Source of the DNA: an uncultured Acidobacteriota bacterium
Lineage (GTDB): Bacteria > Acidobacteriota > Thermoanaerobaculia > Multivoradales > JAHEKO01
Direction: 5' to 3'
Assembly: GCA_963713825.1 (NCBI GenBank)
Contig: CAVQNG010000014.1
Location: forward strand, 224,001 to 288,000
DNA length: 64,000 bases
The translations under genes were made by a program, and so were the position numbers. The notes beneath the pieces are model-generated. The model worked only from the letters and a program-made list of their open reading frames with translations, was not told the origin of the DNA and did not search any database. Within the stretch, counting starts at the first letter, position 1. Every line of letters starts with the position of its first letter. Positions 47,562-57,207 of the stretch are shown here, in pieces.

Positions 47562-50500
47562 GTGATCCATTCGAAGCTCAGGTTGTGTGCAGTGGCGCTC
47601 TTGTCGTCGTCTCTGGTCTGCCTAGCCGGTTTCGCTGCGGCCGCAGTCGCAGATGAGGAGGCGACGCCGTACGATCATCTGGAGTGGCGCAACGTAGGGC
47701 CGGTGAACATGAGCGGCCGGGTGGCTGATGTGGAGGGGATTCCTGGCGACCCCAACGTTCTCTACGTCGGCGCGGCCTCGGGAGGGGTATGGAAGACGAT
47801 CGATGGAGGATTGAGCTTCGAGCCGATCTTCGATGATCAACCGATTGCCAGTATCGGTGATTTGGCGCTGGCTCCCTCGAATCGCGATGTGATCTACGTT
47901 GGGACCGGAGAAGCCAATGTCCGCAACAGCGTCTCCTTTGGCAACGGCGTTTACAAATCGACCGACGGCGGGCAGAGCTGGAAGCACATGGGGCTCGACG
48001 ATACTCGTCACATCTCTCGGATCGTCGTTCATCCGACCAATCCCGACATCGTCTACGTCGGCGCCCTGGGTCACATCTTCGGACCGAACGAGGACCGAGG
48101 AGTCTTCCGCTCCACGGATGGAGGTGCCAGCTGGGAAAAGGTGCTCTACCTCGATGATCGGCACGGCGTTTCCGACCTGGACATGGATCCGACCAATCCC
48201 AACATTCTCTACGCCGGTCTTTGGCATTTCGAACGCAAGCCCTGGACCCACCGTACCGGCAGCGAGGAAGGTGGAGTCTGGAAGACGGTAGATGGAGGAG
48301 ACAGCTGGGAGAAGCTGGACGAGGGGTTGCCGAAGCTGATGGGACGAATCGGTGTCAAAGTCGCGCCGAGCAACTCTCAAGTGGTCTACCTGATTGTCGA
48401 GTCTGATGAGGGAACCTTTTTCCGCTCAAGAGACAGGGGAAAGACGTTCGAGAAGATGACGGACAATGTGCAGATCGTGTCGCGCGGTCTGTACTACACC
48501 GACATGCGCGTCGATCCACAGGACGAGAATCGCGTCTACGCCATCTCGAGTCGGCTCTTCGCATCCATCGACGGTGGCCGATCCTGGGAGCGCATCTCGA
48601 GAAGTACCCACGTGGACTTCCACAGCCTCTGGATCGATCCGCTGGATCCAACGCGAATATGGCAAGGGCAGGATGGGGGCATCGCCGTCTCTTACGACCG
48701 TGGCGGCACGTGGGATCCAATCCGAAATCTACCGATCGCGCAGTTCTATCAGGTCTTTCATGACAACCGGGAGCCCTTCTACTACCTGGGAGGCGGCTTG
48801 CAGGACAACGGCACTTGGTACGGCCCGAGTCGAACCCGAGAGCCCGCCGGCATTCTGGAAGACGACTGGAGAATGATGAGTTTCGGTGACGCCTACTGGG
48901 TGGTACCGCACCCGGACGACCCTGAGCTCTTCCTTTCCGAGTACCAGGGGGGCGGAATTGTTCGCACCGATATGCGTACTCGGCAGCAGATCGATGTTTC
49001 ACCGCAGCCGAGGCGAAATGACGGTGGCCCAGTGGGGGTGCTCGAGTATCGCTTCAATTGGAACGCTCCCATTGTCCCGTCACCCCACGATCCACACACC
49101 ATCTACTTTGCCGGCAACGTTGTGTTCAAGACGCAAGACTTCGGTGATACCTGGGAGATCATCAGTCCTGATTTGACAACTGACGATGCCGAGAAACAGG
49201 GAGAAGCCGGTGGACCTGCTTGGACGGAGAACACTACCGCCGAGTACCACACGACCTTGATCAGTTTTGCGGAGTCGCCGGTTCAGGCCGGCATGCTGTG
49301 GGCCGGGTCCGATGACGGGCGGCTCCATGTGAGCCAGGACGGTGGTGGCGAGTGGTCCGATGTCACCGCCAACGTACCTGCGATGCCCGAGTTCTCTCCT
49401 GTCTCCCACATAGAGCCATCGAGAACAGCGGCAGAGGTGGCCTACGTCGCTTTCGATCGCCACATGTTCGACGATTTTGCTGCCCATATTTTCGTCACGA
49501 ACGATTCTGGCGGCACTTTTCGCCGCATTTCCGACGGCCTTCCCGAAGGCGCATGGGTATGGGTGGTCCGGGAGGATCCACGCAACCCCGACATGCTCTG
49601 GGCGGGTACCGAACTGGGCCTCTACACCTCTCACGATCGGGGAGGGACCTGGCAGCGCCTACACCTGAAGAATCTGCCGACCGTGTCCATCCATGATGTG
49701 CTTGTCCATCCACGAGACAATGATCTGATTCTGGGGACGCATGGGCGGGCGATTTGGGTCTTCGATGATGCGACACCCCTCCAGGAGTTCGATCCCTCCG
49801 ACAAGGAGCAGGGCATTCGGCTCTTCAGCGTGCGGCCGGCGTTGAGATATCCCTCCCGCTTCACTCGTTACGGGCTGGGAGACAGGCGCCACAAAGCTCC
49901 CAACCCACCTGCTGGCGCCCTGATCACCTACTACCTCAGCGAAGACTTGGAGGAAGAGGAGGGCGGTGGCTCCGGAGAGGAGGACGAGGAAAGCAAGGAC
50001 TCGGAGGGAGAAGTCGGCGAGGACGCCGAACGCTTGGAGATCGCCATCCTCGATTCTTCCGGTGAGACGATCCGAACCCTGGATGGGGAGAATCTGGGAC
50101 GCAAGAAGGGGCTCAATCGAGTCGCGTGGGACCTGGCCATGGATGGCCCGCGCCAACGAACGGACGAGAAAGCCGAGGTCAGCGAGTTCGACGGTCCCGC
50201 GCGGGGTCCCTGGGTCCTACCAGGCACCTATACCGTGCGTTTGACGGTCGACGGGGAAGTCGTGGAGGCTCCAGTCCAGGTCCGCGTCGACCCGACCATC
50301 GAAGTGAGTCTCGAAGATCTGCAGGAGCAATATCGAGTCGTCAGGTCCCTACAGGAAAGAGTCTCGGTACTCAACGATGGGCTGCGGAGGATCGATGTCG
50401 TAAGCGCCCAGTTGGAGGCCCGTCGCGAGACCGCCAAGAGTCTGAAGCAGGAGCTACCTGAGGATCTACTCACGGCCCTCGAAGAGTATGAAAGTGCCAC

Positions 50501-50792
50501 CTCCGAGCTACTGGATGAGTTGGCGCGAGCCGAGGACAAGCCCTACTGGAGTCAGGGGCCACGTTTGAGCGATCGCTTGCAGTCCCTGGCAAGGGATATC
50601 GACGGGCAGTTTGCTGCACCGACCCGCGCCCAGATGGACTATCTTGCGGAGCTCGAATCGGAGTTCGCCGAGAAGGTGGCAAGGGTCAATATCCTGTTCA
50701 CCGAGACACTGCCAGCATTGAACGCTCGGATGCAGGAGCAGGGAATCCCAGGAGCCCTTCTCCCAGCGGCCCTGGAGCTGCCGGCCCCTTAG
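47562..50792 (+). CDS. Secreted VPS10/sortilin-like BNR-repeat beta-propeller protein
   Basis: WRNVGP...SGR, repeated S.DGG.SW Asp-boxes, GGLQDNG, RFNWNAP, GTHGR, PGTY. Confidence 0.9.
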   Translation: MIHSKLRLCAVALLSSSLVCLAGFAAAAVADEEATPYDHLEWRNVGPVNMSGRVADVEGIPGDPNVLYVGAASGGVWKTIDGGLSFEPIFDDQPIASIGDLALAPSNRDVIYVGTGEANVRNSVSFGNGVYKSTDGGQSWKHMGLDDTRHISRIVVHPTNPDIVYVGALGHIFGPNEDRGVFRSTDGGASWEKVLYLDDRHGVSDLDMDPTNPNILYAGLWHFERKPWTHRTGSEEGGVWKTVDGGDSWEKLDEGLPKLMGRIGVKVAPSNSQVVYLIVESDEGTFFRSRDRGKTFEKMTDNVQIVSRGLYYTDMRVDPQDENRVYAISSRLFASIDGGRSWERISRSTHVDFHSLWIDPLDPTRIWQGQDGGIAVSYDRGGTWDPIRNLPIAQFYQVFHDNREPFYYLGGGLQDNGTWYGPSRTREPAGILEDDWRMMSFGDAYWVVPHPDDPELFLSEYQGGGIVRTDMRTRQQIDVSPQPRRNDGGPVGVLEYRFNWNAPIVPSPHDPHTIYFAGNVVFKTQDFGDTWEIISPDLTTDDAEKQGEAGGPAWTENTTAEYHTTLISFAESPVQAGMLWAGSDDGRLHVSQDGGGEWSDVTANVPAMPEFSPVSHIEPSRTAAEVAYVAFDRHMFDDFAAHIFVTNDSGGTFRRISDGLPEGAWVWVVREDPRNPDMLWAGTELGLYTSHDRGGTWQRLHLKNLPTVSIHDVLVHPRDNDLILGTHGRAIWVFDDATPLQEFDPSDKEQGIRLFSVRPALRYPSRFTRYGLGDRRHKAPNPPAGALITYYLSEDLEEEEGGGSGEEDEESKDSEGEVGEDAERLEIAILDSSGETIRTLDGENLGRKKGLNRVAWDLAMDGPRQRTDEKAEVSEFDGPARGPWVLPGTYTVRLTVDGEVVEAPVQVRVDPTIEVSLEDLQEQYRVVRSLQERVSVLNDGLRRIDVVSAQLEARRETAKSLKQELPEDLLTALEEYESATSELLDELARAEDKPYWSQGPRLSDRLQSLARDIDGQFAAPTRAQMDYLAELESEFAEKVARVNILFTETLPALNARMQEQGIPGALLPAALELPAP

Positions 50793-50879
50793 CGTTTCTG
50801 GCGGCTTCGACTCGTGGTCGGCGCGACTCTGGTGTTAGATCCTGGGCAGAGCCGAGAGGGATTCTGCCTGTAGACTGGG

Positions 50880-52103
50880 GTGCCACGCCGGCAGCGGCGA
50901 ACGGACAGCAGTGCTGGTTCCGGACTCGGAGACGCCCTCAAGGTGAGCAAACTGACCCGATCCCTGACCAAGCCCCTCTGGTACCTGGAGGGGTTCATGG
51001 ACGAAAGTGGCAGGTTGTACCGGGTGCCGATCCACTCGCTTCCCTTCAGAGTCGGACGCGAGGCTGGTCTCGAGCTGACCTTGCCGCTTCAGGTGGTCTC
51101 TTTTCGGCACGCGGAGTTGTACGAGCGCGATGGCCGCCTGATGGCGCGCGACCTCGGAAGCACCAACGGCACATTCTTGAACCAAGAGCCTGTGGTCGGT
51201 GAAGTGCCCTTGGACGAGGGCGACATTCTACATTTCGCCACCCTCGAGTTCCGCCTTGGCCTGATGGAGGCCGAGAGCAGCGAGAGCCTGATCGGATCGA
51301 CCGCCATCATCAGCGCGAGGATGCCGCAGTTGGTGGTCGAGAAGGCTGAACGCCTCCGCGTCCTGCTGGCGCAAGGTGCGGTGCGGCATGTCTACCAACC
51401 TATCGTCGGCCTCGCAAAGCGAGAACTCCTGGGATACGAGGTGCTCGGCAGAGGGGACTTCGAGGGTCTTCCTACTGCTCCCTATGAGCTCTTCGATCTG
51501 GCAGCAGTGCTGGGAATGGAGGTGGAGCTCAGCGAGCTCTTGCGTCAGAACAGCTTTCCGGAGTGCGCCTCCTTTCTCGGTTCGCCCCGCTTCTTCTTCA
51601 ATACGCATCCCCGAGAGTTGCGTGAAGATCGTTTGTTGAGGTCGCTAGAGAGGGCCAGGTCCGAGTTTCCGCAGATACGGATGGCGATCGAGATCCACGA
51701 GGCGGCCGTGACCGATTCGAAGATGATCCAGCGCCTCATGGCCGACCTGCAGCGTCTCGACATTCTGCTGGTCTACGACGACTTTGGCTCCGGTCAGGCG
51801 CGACTGCTCGAGTTGGCCGATGTGCCGCCCGACTATCTGAAGTTCGATCGTAGTCTGATCCAGGACATCGATGGTGCGCCCCCGGCTCGCCGCCAACTCC
51901 TGGCGAGCCTCGCCGCGATGGCGTTGGACCTGGGGATCGACCTGATAGCGGAGGGAGTGGAAAGTGAAGAGGAGGCCAAAGTCTGTCGGCGAATGGGCTT
52001 CGCCTACGGGCAGGGCTTCCTTTTCTCACGTCCCGAGTCGAGCGACCAGTTGAGTCAGGGGGGCGGCGTCGAGGGGCTGGACCCATCGCCTGACCAAAAG
52101 TGA
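50880..52103 (+). CDS. FHA-EAL c-di-GMP phosphodiesterase
   Basis: VGR, VSFRHA, DLGSTNGTF; YQPIV, EVLGR, DDFGSG, LKFD, AEGVE, QGF. Confidence 0.9.
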   Translation: MPRRQRRTDSSAGSGLGDALKVSKLTRSLTKPLWYLEGFMDESGRLYRVPIHSLPFRVGREAGLELTLPLQVVSFRHAELYERDGRLMARDLGSTNGTFLNQEPVVGEVPLDEGDILHFATLEFRLGLMEAESSESLIGSTAIISARMPQLVVEKAERLRVLLAQGAVRHVYQPIVGLAKRELLGYEVLGRGDFEGLPTAPYELFDLAAVLGMEVELSELLRQNSFPECASFLGSPRFFFNTHPRELREDRLLRSLERARSEFPQIRMAIEIHEAAVTDSKMIQRLMADLQRLDILLVYDDFGSGQARLLELADVPPDYLKFDRSLIQDIDGAPPARRQLLASLAAMALDLGIDLIAEGVESEEEAKVCRRMGFAYGQGFLFSRPESSDQLSQGGGVEGLDPSPDQK

Positions 52104-52145
52104 ATCCTCCTGCCAGAATCTCGCGAGCAGCGTCGTCAGTCGGCC

Positions 52146-53345
52146 ATGAAACAGATCCCTTGCTACGAAAGAGCGCCCTACCTGACCGAGCTGGAAGTCG
52201 AGGTAGTCGAGGTGCGGCAGGAGGAGGGGCGCCTTTTTGCGTTGCTCGACGACACGATCCTCTATCCCGAAGGAGGTGGGCAGCCTAGCGATTTCGGGTG
52301 GTTGAACGGCGTGAGAATCGACGACGTCAGGAAGCGAGGTGCTGAGATTCGGCACTACCTGACCGGTGGTGAGGTCATCGCCGGAAAGGGCTTGCTGCTG
52401 TTGGATTGGCCGCGCCGGTTCGATCACATGCAGCAACACACCGCTCAGCACCTCCTTTCAGCTCTGGCTGTGGATTTGTTCGGTTGGCGAACGAGGGCTT
52501 TTCACCTCGGCTTGGAGGTGAGCGATATCGATCTCGACGCTGCGGCACCCGCGGAAGAGGAGATCAGTGCGCTGGAGGAGGCCGTTGCGGTGCAGATTCA
52601 GGCCGCGCGGCGAATCCAGACACGAAGAGTCGACCCTGAGGACTACCGCAGCCTCGAGGTTCGGAGCCGTGGACTACCCGCTGGGCATTGCGGTGATGTA
52701 CGACTCGTGGAGATCGAGGGCGTCGATCTGAATACCTGTGGTGGCACTCATGTGGCGATGACTTCCGAAGTCGGTGGGGTAAAGATTATCCGTGCCGAGG
52801 CTCACCGCGGTGGCACTCGGCTGTTCTGGGTAGCGGGTGGGCGGCTCCGAAGGCGACTCGGGCGACACGAGGCGAGAAGTGGAGAGCTGCGAGGTCTCCT
52901 GGACACCGGGGACGACGAATTGGTGAGCGTTTGCCGCCTCAAGTTGGATCAGCTGGCCGGAGAGAGACGGCAGCGACGAGCGCTCGAGGAGGAGCTTGTT
53001 CAGAGGATTGTTCAGGAGCTGGAAGCCTCTCCTGGTGCGTTTCTGCATCGTCAGTTCGTTGGGGTGGAGGAGCATCTGCTACGCAGGGTGTCGGAAGAGC
53101 TTGGCAGATGGCCCGGGGAAAGAGTGGCGTTCCTGACCTGCGACAGGGATGGCGGTGCGTTGTTCTCGCTGGTACAGGGAGGCGATGGCAGGCGGGACCT
53201 TCGCGCTCTGGGCTCCCGGGTTTGTGAAATTCTGGGAGGTCGTGGTGGTGGTTCCGAGAGTGTTTTTCAGGGCAAGGCGGACTCACTGTCTCGTCGGGAT
53301 GAAGTGATTGGCCTGATCGAGACAGAAATGCGTCAGGATGCCTAG
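52146..53345 (+). CDS. AlaX trans-editing protein with C-terminal DHHA1
   Basis: YPEGGGQPSD, MQQHTAQH, CGGTH, GGRGGG. Confidence 0.9.
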   Translation: MKQIPCYERAPYLTELEVEVVEVRQEEGRLFALLDDTILYPEGGGQPSDFGWLNGVRIDDVRKRGAEIRHYLTGGEVIAGKGLLLLDWPRRFDHMQQHTAQHLLSALAVDLFGWRTRAFHLGLEVSDIDLDAAAPAEEEISALEEAVAVQIQAARRIQTRRVDPEDYRSLEVRSRGLPAGHCGDVRLVEIEGVDLNTCGGTHVAMTSEVGGVKIIRAEAHRGGTRLFWVAGGRLRRRLGRHEARSGELRGLLDTGDDELVSVCRLKLDQLAGERRQRRALEEELVQRIVQELEASPGAFLHRQFVGVEEHLLRRVSEELGRWPGERVAFLTCDRDGGALFSLVQGGDGRRDLRALGSRVCEILGGRGGGSESVFQGKADSLSRRDEVIGLIETEMRQDA

Positions 53346-53379
53346 TACGTCCCTCTACAACTAGTTTTCCATGAAGAGC

Positions 53380-54279
53380 TCACCGCAAGTGGGATTTGTC
53401 TATCTCTCGAAGGGATCGCCAGGGCTGTTGTGCAGCGAGCCTTTGAGAGTCACGACTCTCCGCCATCCGGGTACCGAGGTTCGCCGATAGGGGAGGAGAG
53501 GGGGGTGGACTGCCGGTCATGGCGCACCATTGGAGGGAGTTGGCGAGGTGAATTGAGTAGCTGGACCGCGCTTCGCGGTCCCAATCTTCATGCCGAAATG
53601 AGTTGCCGTTGAGCCGTTGCGGCTCGAGCTCGGTCTGTGCCTGCTTTCTCGGCTGACCGTTGCCACCCGGGCGCTTGCTGGTAGCGGACAGGTGCGCTCG
53701 CCAGGAGTCGGGTGGGTGGTACAGATCGAAGGCGCCATGCGACAGGGGATAGACCTCGATCTGCACGGTGCCGTCGCTTTCGGTGTCACCATTGGAGACT
53801 TGCTCCAGCACCTTGTTGCCGAAAGGAACGGCGACAAACTGGTGGACTCGACCGTGACCATTGGAGAACCCGCCAAGCCACGAATGTTCCTCGAGGACGA
53901 GATAGTCCTGTGGATTGCGGTGCAGAGCGGTCGTCCAGGACCTTCCTGAGACAGCGTCCCTGCTGCCGGTGCGGATCTTCACTGCGAAGGGGTAGAAGGC
54001 TTCGTGGGCAACGCAATAGCACGGTTGGAAGCTGAGCCACATGGCCTCGGATTGATACATGGGGAGCATGGCCTCGACCCGATCGAGCCAGGGGGCCAAT
54101 CCCTGATCGAGCAACTCCTGAACCGGAAAGAGCGGAAAGCGGCCGAGACCCGGAAGCAGCGGGAACTCTCTTTCTCCGTCAGGAATCCTCAGCGTGCGTT
54201 GAAACTCGATCGTCAGTTTTGCGTCGGGGTGAACCTCCGGGAACGAGAATACGAGTTGGTCGTGAGTTAGCTCGATCAT
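53380..54279 (-). CDS. Conserved hypothetical protein (FQRTLRIP family), diverged
   Basis: FQRTLRIP, PGLGRFPL, MLPMYQSEAMW, PQDY, QFVA; ATGA overlap with XRE gene. Confidence 0.7.
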   Translation of the reverse strand: MIELTHDQLVFSFPEVHPDAKLTIEFQRTLRIPDGEREFPLLPGLGRFPLFPVQELLDQGLAPWLDRVEAMLPMYQSEAMWLSFQPCYCVAHEAFYPFAVKIRTGSRDAVSGRSWTTALHRNPQDYLVLEEHSWLGGFSNGHGRVHQFVAVPFGNKVLEQVSNGDTESDGTVQIEVYPLSHGAFDLYHPPDSWRAHLSATSKRPGGNGQPRKQAQTELEPQRLNGNSFRHEDWDREARSSYSIHLANSLQWCAMTGSPPPSPPLSANLGTRMAESRDSQRLAAQQPWRSLREIDKSHLR

Positions 54280-54647
54280 AGGGTCGTCTCCTTTGGGTTC
54301 TTGCGTCTTCGGGCGCTGGTCACGAGATACCGCAAGCCGGCGTCCGGCATAGAGCGGACTTCACGAATCAGTTGAGCCATGAGGCGAGGTCGCCGCCGAA
54401 TGACCTCTTGGAGATCGACTGCTACTTTGCCCGCCATGGCCAACAAGGTGTCCGGATCCTCGTCGAGCTCGCGGGCCAGGGCGCGGATCTTGGGCTCGGA
54501 GGGTGGCGCCTCGCGGCCGCGTTCCACCTTGCTGAGATAGGAGGGCTCGACACCGACGCGAGCGGCGACCTGGCGAACCGAGAATGTTCGATCCACCTTC
54601 CTGAGGTTCTCGCGACGCTGTCGGATGTAGCTTCCGAAGTCGGTCAT
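54276..54647 (-). CDS. XRE-family HTH transcriptional regulator
   Basis: FGSYIR, SVRQVAARVGVEPSYLSKVERG, LLAMAGKV. Confidence 0.9.
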   Translation of the reverse strand: MTDFGSYIRQRRENLRKVDRTFSVRQVAARVGVEPSYLSKVERGREAPPSEPKIRALARELDEDPDTLLAMAGKVAVDLQEVIRRRPRLMAQLIREVRSMPDAGLRYLVTSARRRKNPKETTL

Positions 54648-54655
54648 CTGTTTGG

Positions 54656-54676
54656 GTAGTATATAGTACATACTAC
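54656..54676. promoter_or_regulatory. Palindromic operator upstream of XRE gene
   Basis: GTAGTATATAGTACATACTAC, AT-rich near-perfect dyad 9 nt from the start codon. Confidence 0.7.
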
Positions 54677-54746
54677 ACATTTGTAAACCATCTCGTTCAG
54701 GAGAGAGGGCGCCCCGCGCTTTTGTGGAATCCGATAATCTGTCTCT

Positions 54747-55376
54747 GTGCTGACCGTCTGGGTTCTTGCTGCCTTGGTCGGTGTTCTTCTGTGGTGCGAG
54801 TTCAAGACCTGGCGAGTTGGGGTCTGGCTCAGCAAGCCACTGGCATCGGCTGCTTTCGTCGTCCTTGCCCTTGAATTTGGGGCGACGAATAGCCGCTACG
54901 GTCTATGGATACTGGCTGGACTGATGGCTTGTTGGCTGGGGGATCTCCTGTTGATCCCTCGTCACCAGGAGTCCTTCAAGGCTGGGATCCTGAGCTTCCT
55001 CGCCGGACATGTCCTGTACTCGGCGGCGTTCGTGGTGCTCCGAGTCGATATGGGCTGGGTGCTGATCGCGGTGATTCCGTTGGGTGCTGCTGCCTGGTTC
55101 GTCGGCCGGCGACTCATGGAATCCGTGGGCCAGGGCCTCCGAGGTGCGGTAGCGGCCTACATCCTGGTGATCTCTGGAATGCTCGCACTCGGGATAGGCG
55201 CCTGGGGCTCTTCAGGCCATGCAGTGCTTCTCATGGCGCCCGCTGCCTTCTACCTTTCGGATCTGGCTGTCGCCAGGAATCGGTTCCTGCAACCGGGGTT
55301 CGTCAATCGGCTGGTCGGGTTGCCTCTTTACTATGGGGCGCAGGCCCTCTTTGCCTGGAGCGTGACGCTCGGCTAG
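54747..55376 (+). CDS. YhhN/TMEM86 lysoplasmalogenase-family membrane protein
   Basis: KP, GDLLL, SFLAGH..Y, Y, SD, YYGAQ. Confidence 0.85.
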   Translation: MLTVWVLAALVGVLLWCEFKTWRVGVWLSKPLASAAFVVLALEFGATNSRYGLWILAGLMACWLGDLLLIPRHQESFKAGILSFLAGHVLYSAAFVVLRVDMGWVLIAVIPLGAAAWFVGRRLMESVGQGLRGAVAAYILVISGMLALGIGAWGSSGHAVLLMAPAAFYLSDLAVARNRFLQPGFVNRLVGLPLYYGAQALFAWSVTLG

Positions 55377-55380
55377 GGGC

Positions 55381-57057
55381 TCAGCTCGACACAGTTGGTT
55401 TGAAGGTTGGCTCGCGGCGAGCCTGGGTGGCTTGCTCGAAGGCAAAGGCCAGTTTCAGCAGCAACGGCTCACTCCAAGCCCGACCGAAGAACGATAGGCC
55501 GACGGGCAAGCCGTGAACGAAGCCGGCGGGAACCGTGATGTTCGGATAGCCGGATACCGCTGCATAGCTCGAGCTACCTCCAAGAAAGTGATCGCCATTG
55601 ACGAGGTCCGTCGTCCAGGCAGGCCCGCCTGTCGGAGCGACGATCGCGTCGAGGCGGTGCTGATCCATGACGGAGTCGATCCCGCCGGTTCGGGTGGCCT
55701 GACGGCAGAGCTCGAGAGCGCTGGTGTACTCGGGGCTCGTCAGGTCACCCCGTGACTCTGCTTCCAGGAATATGTCCTGTCCGAAGAACGGCATCTCGCT
55801 GTCAGCATTCTCGTCATTGAAACGGATGAGGTCGGCCAGGCTCTTGACGGTCGTCGATGGCCCAAGGTTGGCCAGGTACTGATTGAGATCGGTCTTGAAC
55901 TCATAAAGCAACACCTCATATTCTGCATCGCCAAACTGGCCTCGTGTCGAGAACTCCACGGGGTCGATCAACTCGGCGCCCTGGCCCTTCATCGCATCGA
56001 GCGCCTCCCCGAGGGTGGCGTCCACTCCCGGATGGAATCCGAAGTACTGTCTGGCGACGCCAATGCGAGCGCCCGAGAGACCCTCGGGGTCCAGAACGGA
56101 GGAGTAGTCGAGTGTGGCCCTTTCTTCATTTCCTCTGGTGGCCTTGTCCGCGGGATCGACGCCGACGAGAGCGCTGAGGAGAACCGCAGCGTCGACGACG
56201 GTCCGGGTCATGGGTCCAGCGGTGTCCTGCGAATGGGCAATCGGCACGATCCCGGACCGGCTGACGAGTCCAACCGTTGGTTTGACTCCGACGAGCCCAT
56301 TGGCGTTCGCTGGGCAGACCACAGATCCGTCGGTCTCGGTGCCGAGGGAAACCGCGGTGAGGCTGGCTGAGGTTGCGACCCCAGACCCGGAGCTCGAGCC
56401 GCAGGGGTTGCGGTCCAGTACATAGGGATTGCGACACTGACCGCCTCGCCCGCTCCAGCCGCTGGACGACTGACTGGAACGGAAATTGGCCCACTCGCTC
56501 AGGTTCGCCTTGCCGAGCAGGATGGCTCCAGCTTCTCGAAGTCGATGGGCGACCCAGGCATCCGCAGGCGCGACGCAGCCCTCGAGAGCTAGAGAGCCGG
56601 CGGTAGTCGTCATCTGATCGTTCGTGGCGATGTTGTCTTTGAGGAGTACAGGTATGCCGTGGAGAGGACCCCGAGAGCCGCCCGACTGGCGCTCTTCGTC
56701 GAGTCTCTGGGCGATGCTGAGGGCGTCGGGATTGGTCTCCAGAATCGAATTCAGCTCGGGACCCTGCCGATCCAGGGCCTCGATTCGCTCCAGATACATT
56801 GTGGTGATGTCTTGCGCCGTCCATCGACCCGACTCCATCGCCGCCTGAAGCTCGAGGATCGACAACTCTGACAATGCAAAGTCCTCGCCCCGGAATGGGA
56901 CCGAAGTCGAGTCGACGGTCGAATCGGCAGGTTCCTTTTGTCGGGAACAGGCAAGGGGTCCCGCCAGAGCTACGGCCCCTCCGAGTGCGCCCGCTTCCAG
57001 CAGCTCCCGTCGGCTCAAGCCGGACCCAACTTTCGAATTCTGTCTGCGCTGGACCAT
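55381..57057 (-). CDS. Amidase signature enzyme with Tat-type (lipo)signal
   Basis: SRRELL...PLAC; LHGIPVLLKDN, GKANLSEWAN, GSSSGSG, GTETDGS. Confidence 0.92.
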   Translation of the reverse strand: MVQRRQNSKVGSGLSRRELLEAGALGGAVALAGPLACSRQKEPADSTVDSTSVPFRGEDFALSELSILELQAAMESGRWTAQDITTMYLERIEALDRQGPELNSILETNPDALSIAQRLDEERQSGGSRGPLHGIPVLLKDNIATNDQMTTTAGSLALEGCVAPADAWVAHRLREAGAILLGKANLSEWANFRSSQSSSGWSGRGGQCRNPYVLDRNPCGSSSGSGVATSASLTAVSLGTETDGSVVCPANANGLVGVKPTVGLVSRSGIVPIAHSQDTAGPMTRTVVDAAVLLSALVGVDPADKATRGNEERATLDYSSVLDPEGLSGARIGVARQYFGFHPGVDATLGEALDAMKGQGAELIDPVEFSTRGQFGDAEYEVLLYEFKTDLNQYLANLGPSTTVKSLADLIRFNDENADSEMPFFGQDIFLEAESRGDLTSPEYTSALELCRQATRTGGIDSVMDQHRLDAIVAPTGGPAWTTDLVNGDHFLGGSSSYAAVSGYPNITVPAGFVHGLPVGLSFFGRAWSEPLLLKLAFAFEQATQARREPTFKPTVSS

Positions 57058-57207
57058 GATCGCTCTCCTCAGGGTGACAGGTCGAGTTCTGGGGATCGAG
57101 GATGGCAGCATCCAGCGTTTCGATCAAGCGAGTCCGAGCGCTCCTTCGGCTCGAGAAGCTACCCTCGAATAACCAGGACGGTGGCTAAATGACTGGCGGG
57201 TCTGCGT

